Positions 27,292 through 40,589 of a DNA stretch of 64,000 nt are shown piece after piece (position 1 is the first letter of the stretch; every line of letters begins with the position of its first letter). The translations under genes were made by a program, and so were the position numbers. The stretch comes from Eledone cirrhosa (taxonomy: Eukaryota). The notes under the pieces are model-generated. The model saw nothing but the letters and a program-made list of their open reading frames with translations, did not search any database and had not been told where the DNA came from. The DNA lies in assembly GCA_964016885.1 (NCBI GenBank), contig OZ024745.1, forward strand, positions 126,170,001-126,234,000, given 5' to 3'.

Positions 27292-27557
27292 AGGCCAGAA
27301 GGTTCATTTAGCCGGTGCTTATCCTGGTTTTATGGCTTGAAGCGACAGAGAGTACAAGACTTCCCCCTGAACAGGACGCCAGTCTATCGCAGGGTTAAAC
27401 CTCCAGCTATTGCTGGTACTCATTTTCAGCTGAGTGTACTGGAGCAACGTGAAATGAAGTGTTTTGCTCAAGAACACAACACACAAGCCAGGAACCGAAC
27501 CCACGACATTATGATCGTAAGTCCAACACCCTTACCACAAGGCCACGTGCCTCCACA
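27292..27557 (-). mobile_element. tRNA-derived SINE with a V-domain-like core
   Basis: Minus strand: tRNA-like head gtggccttgtggtaagg...ggttcggttcc, then cctgcgatagactggcgtcctgttcaggg. Partial relatives at about 20670-20820, 21355-21480 and 61640-61740. Confidence 0.75.
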
Positions 27558-27594
27558 GACATAATATATACGGGTCTTATATTACGTTATGTTT

Positions 27595-28450
27595 TATAAG
27601 CAGTAGGATTTGATTTGAGGGAAGTTTTAAGCTGCTATTTCTTGCAGCTTGAGCGACCATGTTGAGGCTGCTCCCTATTTCGACTTTTACTTTTCAGTAC
27701 GGTATTTTGGCCCTTCAAAAGTACTATATAACATTTGGCTCCATAAATTTAATCTAAAAAAAATAATAAAAACGTTCGACTGTATTACCCAATATAGCTT
27801 TTTTAATACAGGGTCTGATTTGAAAAGAATGTCGCTGTTATTTCTAGCAGGTTGGTGACTACTTAGAAGTTCTGTCATTCGACCTAGTGGTTGTTGATGT
27901 TAGTGTTATTTATTGGTGTTGTTTAGCTCTAGATCTATCTGGCCTATTTTCTGTCAATATTTATGACTACATTATCCAATGTATGGTTTCTTTAAGAAGT
28001 TAGGATGTGATTAGAAGGAGAATTAGCTGTTATTTCTACCAGGTAGAGCGACCACTAAGACACCTCTTTTTTTTTTTATTCGTGTTGTTATTGTTTCGGC
28101 TCAGATCAGTCCTGATCAAAACTGTTCTAGATACGACCATCTTATCTTTTTAGGGCTATCTAGTATGCCCTTCCCTTCCTTTTTCCAAGCCGGTAGGGTG
28201 TGATTTGGCTTCTATTTCTAGCAGGTCTAACGATTACGTATTTCTAGCCCACCAAAGACCTTTGCTCGTGGTTTGTGATTTTAGCGATTGTCCAACCATA
28301 GGTCAACAATGATTGAGCCTACCTATCATCCAAAGTATTCTAACCATGACCATTTGTTCTTTTTCTGTACAAAGGACTATATTATCTCATGTGCCCTTCC
28401 TTTTTAAGACAGTGATGTGTGATTTGAGGGAGATTTGCCTGCTAATTGTA
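27595..28450 (-). repeat. Cluster of 4-5 decayed copies of a dispersed repeat (gtgtgatttgagggagatttggctgctatttctagcagg)
   Basis: The motif recurs at about 27610, 27815, 28005, 28198 and 28417. It is also found at about 30330, 54740 and 60950. Confidence 0.7.
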
Positions 28451-28671
28451 CCAGCAGTGTTTTTGTTTTCTTAAATTGTTAATAGTGGTGGAGGTGGGAC
28501 AGTATTTTGACATCGCGTTGGTGTCGTTGACAGTTATATAATTGTATGTTTATATCGTTATGGTGGAGATGATGGTGGAATTAGCTGCTGTTGATGGCTT
28601 GTGTGAGCCTCTCTCTCTATATATATATATAGCGATATATATATATATATATAGCGAAATAGAAGATATAT

Positions 28672-28756
<85 letters not shown>

Positions 28757-30827
28757 AGGAGAGAGAGTTGTCAGGAAAGATTTATGAAGTCGAAGGGGGA
28801 GAGAATATCACTGACGAGTGTATGTATAAAGTTGTGGGTAGCGGAATGTAAAGGGAAAATAGAGAAGAAAAAAAAAAGAGGTTGAGAGAGAAAACGATGA
28901 CAGGGTGAGCGAAGAAAGTTTGTTAGATGGAATTAGGAATGAATTTTGGGTGGTGATGCAAGGACGAAGAATCTGATTGCCGCCACCCCACACATTTCTA
29001 TCGCAGAAGGCAAGCGGAAAGAAAAAAAAATCGTGTATTAAGTCGCTGAGAAAAGGAGTAGATAGATGTAGGTAGAGAGGAGTGGGAGTATTTAAAACAA
29101 AATAACATCTTAAGTACATGTGGTACTGACTCAAGGCCGAATGTTGTAAAGCGTGTGATATGGGTGGAGAAAATAAACAAGAGGGAGAGAGGGCGGAGAA
29201 GAAGAAAAAAAAATGCAGCTGCAGCGCGGGGGGGTAGTAAGGGAAGAGAAAGAAAGAGGTAGTGCTTGTAAGGAGCACATAATGTTAGTTATGCAATAAA
29301 CATGTTGAACAGTAACAACTAAAAACTGTTTTTCTTCCTAACCCGTATGTATGTACATTGTGCAGGTAAACGCATGTGTATGGTTTTCTGTGTTTACTTA
29401 GTACATGTGTACCGATAGTGTTTGTGTTTTTGTTCACCAGTACATTACTGGTACTTTATTTTATCGACTCCGTAAGGATGAAAGCAAAGTTAACCTCGGC
29501 GGGATTTGAACTCAGAATGGCAAGGGTCGTAACTGTATGCGTCAAAGCATGGCGTCCGACCCTCTACCGATACTGCCAATCATTAATGATTTCTACTTTT
29601 GGCACAAGGGAAGCAATTATATATCAGTGTATTACTGGTACTTTATTTGATCGACCTCGTAAGGATAAAAGGCAAAGTTAACCTCGGTGGGATAGCCAAT
29701 CATTAATGAGTATAAAACACTATTACTACCACCGCCACACAATACTCTCCACCGCCTACAACAACTACTATGCCACGAGGTAGGAACCAATGTGGGTGTT
29801 GGACTCGCTAAAATCAACAACAAAGGACTCGTAAGGCAACATGGTTTTAGATATACAAAAATAAAACGAGATGGCCACGACTAGAATACTTTTCTTTAAG
29901 TGCTGGTGTACTCAGAGCTAGAAAAATAACACGTCAACATCTGTATTACTAATACATAAAACTACATAAAAACTACATAAACCATCTCTCTGCTACTGCC
30001 AACATCGTTCCAATAAAAACATTCAATACCATTACAAACACACACAGATGCATACTCAAAAATAGACACAAACACAAACCAAAAACACACACACACAAAC
30101 AGATACATACATATACACACATATAAACGCACACGGCACATTATTTAACAATGTCGAATGTAATTAAAAACCTGAACAAATTAAATAACACAATCCAAAA
30201 AAAATACAAAAAACTCTCCCAGATTCCGTTCTTGGTAAACATCGTGTACATAAATAAAACTTCTTCTCAACCCTCGTCATGTGTAACAACCACCAGCCAG
30301 CGAACGGATTACTACATGATCGCTCGTCATTGCTAGAAATAGCAGCCAATTCTAGATATACTATATTTAGACCCACCGTCAGGCTATGGTGCTGCAGTGG
30401 ATAAGGTTAATACTTCAGAAGATCCGAGGAAGGGTTGAGCACTCTTATTTGCAATAATTCTAAGGCGGGGTTTCGGAATAAAACATATTACCGTAGATTT
30501 TCTAAATCTGAGAATGCACTATTGAAAAGTAAGGGTGACTGTTTTAAGGAGTTTTTTAGGTGTGTGTATGGGGGGGGGGGTATTTTAATCGTCATGAGTC
30601 TGCTTGATCAGAAGTGACTGTGAGCTTAAAGCAACAACTAGACTGTAGTTGGTATATTTGACTAGAACAATAGTTTTGTGGGGTGTGAGAAGCTAGTCGT
30701 TCGAGGTTTGCGCAATTGAGTTTCACCTGGGCCTACATAACAAAGACTCCCATTCCGACAATTAACCAACCAAAAATGCAGTCCACACTTACAACGATAT
30801 TTGGCAACTAACATATATATATGGGAT

Positions 30828-31012
30828 GGCGGTGGATTGGCAGTATCGGTAGAGGGTCGGACGCCATGCTTTCCAGCATAGTTACGTCCCTTTACGATCT
30901 GAGTTCAAATCCCGCCGAGGTTGACTTTGCCTTTCATCCTTACAGGGTCGATAAAATAAAGTACCAGTAATGAACTGGATGATTGCTGGCCTTGTGCCTA
31001 AAGTAGAAACTA
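30828..31012 (+). mobile_element. Full-length SINE family A copy (plus strand) with a 15-bp TSD
   Basis: ggcggtggattggcagtatcgg...gtagaaac. TSD atatatatatgggat on both sides. Confidence 0.93.
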
Positions 31013-31203
31013 ATATATATATATATATGGGATAACAAGTTATCGTTATAGGTAATCCAGTTAGAGATAATCCAGTTAGAGTACTCCGCGTCGTGGATAG
31101 TTTTAACGTACGGCTTTGTTTGACTCAACGAGATGCTTCCATAGTTAGGCAGCGAGTTTGCGGTAATTTCTGTGCAGGTTATACTTGGAGTAATAATAGT
31201 TAA

Positions 31204-31486
31204 AGAAAGAAGAGTAACATGGTTGGCTGTACAATAAGGGGCTTTATTTAAAATACTGACAACTGATTCGTTGATCAGGTGTGACTGGTCAACACATCAG
31301 AGCACGTAGATATGGTGCTATATCTACGTGCTCTGATGTATTGACCAGTGGTAAACAATGTATTGGAGATCGATTGACGCAAACTCAAGCGATTAGCGAA
31401 CTCTAGACACACCTGATCAACGAAACAGTTGTCAGTACTTTAAATAAAGCCCTTATTGTACAGCCAACCATGTTACTCTTCTTTCT
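31204..31486. repeat. Nested inverted repeats (outer 31204-31283 / 31408-31486; inner 31284-31313 / 31320-31349)
   Basis: Both arm pairs are readable as reverse complements. Confidence 0.9.
31413..31433 (+). ncRNA. Ultra-minimal hammerhead-like core (CUGAUCA variant, helix II reduced to 2 nt)
   Basis: CTGATCA-ac-GAAAC-agtt-GTC. Helix I is not obvious. Confidence 0.45.
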
Positions 31487-31497
31487 AGCTGGTTTGG

Positions 31498-31628
31498 TGT
31501 TTCTGAGGAGGACGGCCGATTGAACAGAAACTTTGAGACTAGTAATAGGTAGTAACTTAACCACTACCATGCTAGTCGATACATCGATCTCCATCGTTCA
31601 ATCAACCGTCTGAAACGATCGTAAAACA
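31498..31628 (+). ncRNA. Type-I hammerhead ribozyme motif with a very long helix II
   Basis: tgttt-CTGAGGA-g-gacggccgattgaac...gttcaatcaaccgtc-t-GAAAC-gatc-GTA-aaaca. Confidence 0.8.
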
Positions 31629-32168
31629 ATGAACTAGCTCTCTTCTTACACCCGCCTTCTGTTTTTATTGTTCAAACACACATTTATATGTGTGTGTGTG
31701 TATATATATATATGCATACCTCTATGTGTGTGTGTTGGTATTGTATCAATGTATTTATAATCTATGCCGGTGTGTGCAAGCAAACGCATTAATAGTGAGT
31801 GTTTACTTCAAAGTTTCGCTGATACTTTCATGTCATTGCGCGCGTGTGTGTGTGTGTGTGTAATTGCGCAAGTATACATATTGGTGTGTATGGAAATTTT
31901 AGCGTGCGTACACATAGACAAATACCTTACTTGCTTACTGGTATAGAATGAGGTTCTTTGAGGAGGTTTCTTGATTCCACTGGAGATATGGTGTGACCCA
32001 GGGTAGGATTTAAAATTAGAACATAGAAATATATGACTAGATGTTCTGAAAAGGATCAAATCCAATCATTTTGACCCACAAGATCTCTTGATTCACGGCA
32101 GTGGAAGTATCAGAGATAAGATAGTGTGATGCTCGTGGCCTTTCTATTTCTCATTTTGGTTCAGAAAC

Positions 32169-32230
<62 letters not shown>

Positions 32231-33784
32231 GAAATGACAGGAGGCTGGATTTGTGTAAATCCTTGAAAGGTTTATTATACTATGATCATTTCAATAGCAC
32301 CACCAACTACAAAAACAAAGACGGTTGAACTGCTTTACGTTGAGTACTCTCTATATTATTGCATTACGATTGACCATACGGAATAGACCAGCTCTATACA
32401 GTGGTGAACCTCAAACCTGAATAAATATATATATATATATATATATAGGAATGAAAATGGCGTGCTGTGTTGTTGCGAATGTGGTACATATGAAGTAAAA
32501 ATTAGAAAGAGAAGCCGGGACTATCCATCATCAGTGATCTACTAGCCATCATAGGTATTTCTTATATATATATATATGTGTGTGTGTGTGAACCAGTAAC
32601 TCCTGATAGAGTCGAAGGGGTGCCGTAGTGAGCTCAATCCCTATCTAGGTCTAAACACCGCCCATTTCTTCCAGACAGAGGAGAGAGAGAAGGAGGTGGA
32701 TGAAGAATTTGCCCCAGTATTGGATTTGTACTTTTTAATCGACCTCCAAAGGTTGAAAAGCAAAGTTAACCTCGGCAATGCTTAATGATAATAATAGATA
32801 GTATTAATGGGTTTCATGCTGAGTTCAAATCCCACCGAGGTTGACTTTGCCTTTCATCCTTACGGGGTCGATAAAATAAAAGTACCAGTAATGAACTGGG
32901 CTAATTGCTGGCCTTGTGCCAAACGTAGAAACAATTAATGGGTTTAAGACAGCAGATTTATGAAAGAATGGGATAAGGTAAGACGATCTGTATGCCTTCC
33001 CCACACCCGCAATCAAACATTAAGTGATATAAAATTGTGTGTACTTTAGCTAGATGTTGAAACTGGGTCAGAGTTTAACGAAAACAAAACTTCTAACTGA
33101 TCATTAGAGCGGTATTGTTGCCGGTATATAGTTCGTACATACATGCACGCACACTTCCAGAAACACGTACATACATTTACATTTAGACTAGAAAGAGCGT
33201 ACAACGCATGCATTGATCTATAATGTAATAATAGCCTGTAAACTCATTAAGTTGTTTGGACACTTCTTTGGTTACGATATTTATTTCGATCATAGTAATT
33301 AGCTGTGGTGCCACTTTGGTGGTGACAGTAGTGGTTTTAGGTTATATGTAGACGTAATGACCCTGCTCTCTCTCTCACACACACACACATTTATCTAGCT
33401 ATCGATCTCGTAAACAAAGTCATCAATTACAAAGGAATAGCACATTCGATTGAATCTGCCACGCCAGTTCTATGGAACCGCCCATCCATCTGTCGAAATA
33501 ACAGCAAAACTTTTTTCATTCAAATCACTTTTTTTTTTTTTATTTAGTCCCGTAATTCCTGAAGGAGTTGTACAGACACCGTATTGACATACGGTGTCTC
33601 CAGGCTATTTTTAAACCTGGCAGGGCCCATCCATCTCTAGGTCTGAATATAACATGTTTCTTCAAGAGAAAGATAAAGAGTGAGAGAATGGAATTGAGAA
33701 AGATACAAAGTGGAAGAATTGGCCCAAAAACTAGATTGGTACTTTTTATTTTATCAACCTGGTATGAATGAAAGGCAAAGTTGA

Positions 33785-34200
33785 CCTCAGTGGGATTTGA
33801 ACTCAACCCGAACCCTATCTCAGCGGGATTTGAACTCAACCTTAACCTTACCTCAGTGGGATTTGAACTCAACCCTAACCCTACCTCAGCGAGATTTGAA
33901 CTCAGCCCTAACCCTACATTAGTGGGATTTGAATTCAACCCTAACTCTACATTAGTGGGATTTGAACTCAACCCTAACCCTATCTCAGTGAGATTTGAAC
34001 TCAACCCTAACCCTATCTCAGTGAGATTTGAACTCAACCCTAACCCTACCTCAGCGGGATTTAAACTCAGCCCTAACCCTACATTAGTGGGATTTGAATT
34101 CAACCCTAACTCTACATTAGTGGGATTTGAACTCAACCCTAACCCTATCTCAGTGAGATTTGAACTCAACCCTAACCCTACCTCAGCGGGATTTGAACTC
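33785..34200. repeat. 33-bp minisatellite (about 13 units) inside a SINE A copy: SINE B box plus (CCCTAA)2
   Basis: Unit acctcagtgggatttgaactcaaccctaaccct. The SINE resumes at 34201-34275. Confidence 0.92.
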
Positions 34201-34940
34201 AGAGAGTAGAGAGCCGAAACGAACACCACAAAGAATTCTATCCGACGTCCTAACGATTCTACCAATTAGCCGCCTTCAAATCACATACTCCCCTCTTAAA
34301 TTAGAGAGGGCACACCGAACAATGAAGTTGTAGAAAGACTATCCCCCCCCCCCCCCCCCAGGACGAGATGGTCAGGACTGAAACATTTTAGATCCTGAAT
34401 TTGTTTCATCAAGGCCTGTAGGGGCGGAGGATGGAAGCGATCCAACCCGGGCGACACTTTTGGGTCTGTTGTATGTAAGAGCAGTCCTGCACGGTACACA
34501 GTCTAGCTACTCCACTGATCGGTGTAGAACTGGAGCTAAATAATCTCGCTGACCCGTATGTGTATGTGCGTGTGCGAGTGTGTATGTGCGTATACATACA
34601 TTTATATGTATGAGTATATAAATATAAACGTGTAAACACTAACACACTTACATTCACACAAACACGCACACACACACATACACTCACACACAGCGTAGTT
34701 TTTTTACCATTCCCTTCCTTCCTTTTACACACACATACATTCACGCCGGCAGCAGACGTAAAGAAAGAGGAGTAGTATGAGGTAGTCAAGCTACTCCTCT
34801 CTCTTTATGCGTTGAACCAGAATCGTAGAAATTTATAGATAAAGTCACAAGCAATAAAAAATAGTGTCAACTCAAGGCGAAACGTAGAACGTAAAATATA
34901 AATTGGTTTGTCAAGAGTTTTGTTTCAGTCACCCCACAAT

Positions 34941-35128
34941 AATTGTTTCTACTTTTGGCACAAGGCCAGCAATTACCCAGTGCATTACTGGTACTTTATT
35001 TTATCGACCCCGTAAGGATGAAAGGCAAAGTTAACCTCGGCGGGATTTGAACTCAGATCATAAAGGGCCGTAACTCTTTGCTGCAAAGTATGGTGTCTGA
35101 CCCTCTACCGATACTGCCAATTCACTGC
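34941..35128 (-). mobile_element. SINE family A copy with TSD cccacaataat
   Basis: Full consensus, TSD on both sides. Confidence 0.92.
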
Positions 35129-35544
35129 CCCACAATAATGGAAATAAGTCATTGAGCAGAGATATCATATAAACCAATGTTCTAAATATCGCAATAATAT
35201 AACAAATAAGAACGCTAACAAACAGCAGCCGAGCTTCGCGGGTGGATGGCTATGACGCACACCAGTGAAAAACATTAATCGCAACAAGTAAAAAAAAAAA
35301 AATAATAATTGTTTCTACTTTTGGCACAAAACCAGCAATTATCTCAGTACATTACTGGTACCTTATTTTATCGACCCCGTAAGGATGAAAGGTAAAGTTA
35401 ACATTGGCGAGATTTGAACTCAGACCGTAAAGGAGCGTAACTATGGTGGAAAGCATGGCGTCCGACCCTCTACCGATACTGCCAATCCACCGCCCTTTCA
35501 AAAATTTTTTTATAAATCATGGAAACGCTGGGCTATTTGAAACT

Positions 35545-35783
35545 TGAAAATGTGGGAATCCCAAACGCAGAAAACAATAGTCGACTGCTATAAATAATAG
35601 CTTGGAAAAAATCGGATAAAATACCTCAACAAACCGAAAAAAAAAAAAATGCCCAGTCCGGAGCGGCTGTGGGCCATTTTTCTTTGGTCAGTAAGGGTAT
35701 TTTATCCCATTTCCTAAGCTATTATTTGTAACGATCGACCGTTGTTACACTTATTTTCTGCGTTTGGGATTCCCATATTTTCA
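35545..35783. mobile_element. Foldback/MITE-like element with long imperfect TIRs
   Basis: tgaaaatgtgggaatcccaaacgcagaaaa...ataaaatacc pairs with ggtattttat...ttttctgcgtttgggattcccatattttca. A solo relative lies at about 55925-55995. Confidence 0.7.
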
Positions 35784-36130
35784 CGATTAATATATAAGTC
35801 GCGAGAAGGGCGTGTAACTGAAATAAGATAAACAACTTGGAATTTGCCTGTAAATATATTTATATGTTTGTAAATGTGTTTATTTGTTCCTATTGCATAT
35901 TCAAAAATACAAACGACGCTCGCGCGTACATAAAACATTTAAATTGATTCCCTTGACCTAATTTCTCTTACCAACGCGTATTTTATCATTTTATCGACTC
36001 TATTATCATTAGGAGAAATGGCAAGAGTTGTTAGAACGTCAGCTTTGCGGCATTCGTTCAGACACACTGCGTCCTCTAGCCTCAAATCCCACCAAGGTCA
36101 ATAAAAGAAATAAACAGTGGGTTGATTATT

Positions 36131-36246
<116 letters not shown>

Positions 36247-36357
36247 ATATATATATATATATATATAAAACATGAGAAGAAAGAATACTGCGTGGTTGCA
36301 CATGGGTTACATATGATAAAAATAGTCCTTCGTCACTGATTTTCCAACCTTCATTGG

Positions 36358-36391
<34 letters not shown>

Positions 36392-36737
36392 TTCTGTTTC
36401 ACTTCCTCTGTGTTTAGACCTGAAAGAGGAAGGCTCCATACCCCAGTACCAAACTTGTACTCTTTTATCGACCTAGACTAAAAGAAAGGAAAAGTTGACC
36501 TCGGCGAAATTTGGACTGAGAGCAGAGAGCTGAAACGAATATCGCAAAGCATTCTATCGGACGTTCTAAAGACTGCCAATTCGCCGCCTACATAAATACA
36601 TAAGCTGATGTAAAACAATTGAAGCCGATGACTTCTTAAATCAGAGAATGTGTAAAGCAAATAATATATTTATTACACTAACGCATCACATTTTATTCCT
36701 ATTCCACTACTATCACTTTTACGCGCGCGAGTACACA

Positions 36738-36830
<93 letters not shown>

Positions 36831-37016
36831 GAACAGATAGATAGCTTAAGCAAATTATTTTTACTTCCACCCTTTCGTTATCTTCAGAAAGGCCGGAAGC
36901 AAAATTATTTGCTCAAACTATTAATCTTGTTCACATAAACATTCGCTTTACGATTACACACACACATCTTTCCCAGTCCTCTCTGGATTTCGGTCTTTTG
37001 ATCTTTGTATTTACTT

Positions 37017-37083
<67 letters not shown>

Positions 37084-37406
37084 TGTGTCAATAATACATA
37101 CTTTGATATTTTATTTATCGTTAGATTCCCGAGTCTCTCCCTATCACTCAACATTAGAATACGGTTTTCTGTTTCTGCTCCCACCCCCTACCTTCATTGG
37201 TCACATGATAAGTCGTCTGCTCTTCTAATTTAGTCACATGATACAATTTGTTGTCTGCTAAATGTACACCTGTCTGTCAATGTCTGCCTTCTCTCACTCC
37301 GAAATGGGGAATCGAAATTTCACGTCTATTTGGGAATTCATCTTAAGAATATGTTGAAAATACAAGTAGATACAACAGTAAAAATAAATATTGAATAAAC
37401 AAGTTA

Positions 37407-37442
<36 letters not shown>

Positions 37443-37594
37443 CTCTCTCTCTCTATATATATATATATACACACATTAAAACAACAACAGAAGCCCGGAT
37501 TGGAACACAATCTGCGGCCATGGTGGGAAACGTAAATACATAATATATATGTGCACGTATGTTTGTATGTATAAGCGCGCGTGCACACACACAC

Positions 37595-37634
<40 letters not shown>

Positions 37635-37635
37635 A

Positions 37636-37998
37636 CAGTTGTTCCCCCCAGCATTCGCGGTTGTTACGTTCCTAGAGCACCTGCGAAGAGTGGAAAAAAC
37701 GCGAATATTGGACGTGGGCCATAAAATGCCTATAAACGTTAAAATATAACATAAAATATAATTTTAAAAAAAGGAAGCGTTTTAGGCGAAGGTGCGTCCA
37801 ATAGGCCGGCAAATACGGCATATTGTTATTAATAATTTAGCGTTAAAAAAATATATATTGCCACGAAAAAAAACATAAAAAATTGCGGAAGCTATTTACG
37901 ATTCCGCGAATATGCGATGTTTACCACGAAAAATTATTAGTTAGTTTCTAAGGAAAATTCCGCGAATAACCGGGACAGTGAATGCTGGGGTTACACTG
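37636..37998. mobile_element. Tc1/pogo (Tigger-like) MITE
   Basis: TA-cagttgttcccccagcattc...gaatgctggggttacactg-TA. Confidence 0.8.
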
Positions 37999-38018
37999 TA
38001 TATATAACTAATTAACTT

Positions 38019-38400
38019 GGACTCCGTACTGCCGAGCTCCTCCATAAGATCGGAATGTCGGCGGCCCGTCTGAGGAGGGAGTCCCACGAGGGCGGGTGGC
38101 TATTGTAGCGGGTGTCACTGGCCATCGTCCGAGAGAATGCTTTTGCCGTCTTGTCAGCGGGGGCTGCAGTACTTCTGCCCTCTTGCCCTAGGCCTAAAGC
38201 TCAATCACCTTCCCCTTCACCCCTCCCCTCTCTTCTGTGACACCAGAGCTTTTGCCATCCCCTCCCCTTCCCGATCTTTTTCTTCTTTCTTTCTCTCCTT
38301 TTCTTTTTTTCTTCTATATATATATATTTTTTCTATATATCCCTATTCTTTCTTTCCTTTTGTTTCCCCTTCTTTTTTGTTATTATTTCTATATTAATTA
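38019..38400 (+). mobile_element. CRE-like non-LTR element 3' remnant (divergent subfamily)
   Basis: GLRTAELLHKIGMSAARLRRESHEGGWLL*RVSLAIVRENAFAVLSAGA aligns with the 53513 ORF C-terminus. Followed by a pyrimidine-rich 3' UTR. Confidence 0.7.
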
Positions 38401-38641
38401 ATGCACCGAAAATATAAGTATTTCCAGCGGTTGGCGGAAGAGAAAGTACTCCGTTTTTACCGCTACCTTTGTCTTGTACGTCTACCGTTCTATATATTGT
38501 TTACACAGTAAAAGTGGAGCAGTAGTATTTACACAGATTTTGAAGTGAATTGATTGGTTTTCGAAATATTCGATGTTTAATATTTGAAAATAGAAATATA
38601 CGATTTAATTATATACGGTTTAGTAATAACTGTAAGAAAGA

Positions 38642-38829
38642 TAATTGTTTCTACTTTTGGCACAAGGCCAGCAATTACCCAGTGCATTACTGGTACTTTA
38701 TTTTATCGACCCCATAAGGATGAAAGGCAAAGTTAACCTCGGCGGGATTTGAACTCAGAATGGAAATGGGGCGTAACTCTATGCGTCAAAGCATGGCGTC
38801 CGACCCTCTACCGATACTGCCAATCCACC
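38642..38829 (-). mobile_element. SINE family A copy with TSD aagaaagataat
   Basis: Full consensus, TSD on both sides. Confidence 0.92.
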
Positions 38830-39956
38830 GAAGAAAGATAATATTAGTACTTGTACATTCGTGGGGGGTTTTTTGCGGGGGGGGGGGGGGGCATGGTTCC
38901 CCACCAATAATTATATTTTTCTCCCCAAACTACCAAAAACACATCTATTTGTATATGCGCTACAATTTATGTACATGTTATGTTAATCATATATCGAAAT
39001 TTTTTTTATATCTTGGTTGATATTTGATAACAGCTAAACTAATCACTGACCAAATTGCCAGCACAAACACCCGCGATGGTATTTTATGCAAAGTTCTACC
39101 AATTCTACTGACCCACGACCATTCGTAGCGGCAGATAATAATTGTTTCTACTTTAGGTACAAGACCAGCAATTTGAAGCGGAGAGGAAAAGTCGATTAAA
39201 TCGACTCCAGTGCATTGCCAGTGTTTTATTTTATTGACCCCCCGGCAAGGATGAAAGGCAAAGTTAACCTCGGCAGGATTTGAAATCAGAACGTAAAAGG
39301 CCGTAACTCTATGCCGCGAAGCATGGTGTCCGACGCTCTACCGATACTGCCAATCCACCGATAAATGAAAGTAAATGTAACGGTTTGTATCCACGATGTA
39401 ATTGTCTCTATTTCAAAACATAATCTCTGTCCGACCGGAGCCGTGGGGCGGACAGCATGTGGGACCCCATTTGTGAGAGATTGGGAGGGTGAGAGAGACA
39501 GAGGCGATGACAGTGGGAGTTCGGCTCCACTGTGTTCGGACCTGGTATGTACATGTGTGTGTATTTTTACACTAACGACCCTTCCATCTTGTTAAATGTT
39601 TGTACATGATTGATACCAAATACTTTATCTTAAATTATGCCACCCTCTTCAAGGCACTTGTCAAATAAATATAATTTCAAAGTTTGTGATTTCGATCATA
39701 TTTTTTAAATGTTTAGTTTGTTTCAAATCAATTCTTTCGTCGCTATTTGTATACGGACTTGTTTATCAATAGTAACACATGGCTTTTCTCTGGTCTTACG
39801 GCTAGTTATAGCATTGTCATTTAATAGGCCAAGGTTTCATTTAACATTCTTGTATCCTTTCAGCTGGATGTTTTCGTTCCAGATTACCACAACCATTTGT
39901 GTGTAGGTATATATATATATATAATTATTTCTACTATAGGCACGAGGCCAGCAAAT

Positions 39957-39987
<31 letters not shown>

Positions 39988-40260
39988 CGATTAAATCGAC
40001 CCAGTGCATTACAGGTGCTTTATTTTATTGATCCCGTAAGGATGAAAGGCAAAGCTAACCTCGGTGGGATTTGAACTCAGAACGTAAACTCAGGCCGTAA
40101 ATCTATGCTGTGAAGCATGATGTCCGACGCTCTACCGATTCTGCCAACCCACTATAAAATAAACTACAAGACAAGACTATATTGATGAAAAGTGATAGAA
40201 GCAAGACTGGATTAAGTCCTTTTGAGGCCCTAAATACTTAAACGATTAAGGCATGAAGAT

Positions 40261-40395
40261 AATGGGGTCACAGTTTATTTAAATTAACTCTATTTGTCAC
40301 CCGAGCGCCCTAAAAAAAAGAATTTTTTTGTAGACTTTATATAAGGCACTGGGGTGACAAATACAGTTAATTTAAATAAACTGGTGATTCCCATT
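40261..40395. repeat. Inverted repeat with about 50-bp arms (MITE-like)
   Basis: cagtttatttaaattaactctatttgtcaccc / ggggtgacaaatacagttaatttaaataaactg. Confidence 0.8.
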
Positions 40396-40589
40396 CCCTT
40401 GATACCGTGATTATGTACTTAATTAGCTTAATGGTAACTGCAGCTCTGGATGAAAGTAAAACAATAAAATGTAGTACTGTGAATGAAAAAGAGGATGAAA
40501 ACCACGAACTGATCATTTCTGTTTTAGTTTGTTTTAGTCATCATAATTAAACCTTGAGTGGTGACTTTTCCTATGTTTTGAGTCTACAA

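Noticed and set aside
30828-30920. tRNA gene candidates (A and B boxes)
   Set aside because: They are heads of SINEs, continuing into the SINE body with TSDs. No complete cloverleaf.
33540-34265. 241-aa ORF with an 11-aa repeat
   Set aside because: Product of the 33-bp SINE-derived minisatellite.
34510-34540. ctcca-CTGATCG-gtgta-GAAC-tggag as a hammerhead
   Set aside because: Lacks helix III and the NUH triplet; compatible with chance.
40261-40395. Inverted repeats here and at 35545-35783 as members of the hammerhead class
   Set aside because: No CUGANGA/GAAA core and no (TA)n flank; more likely MITE/foldback DNA elements.
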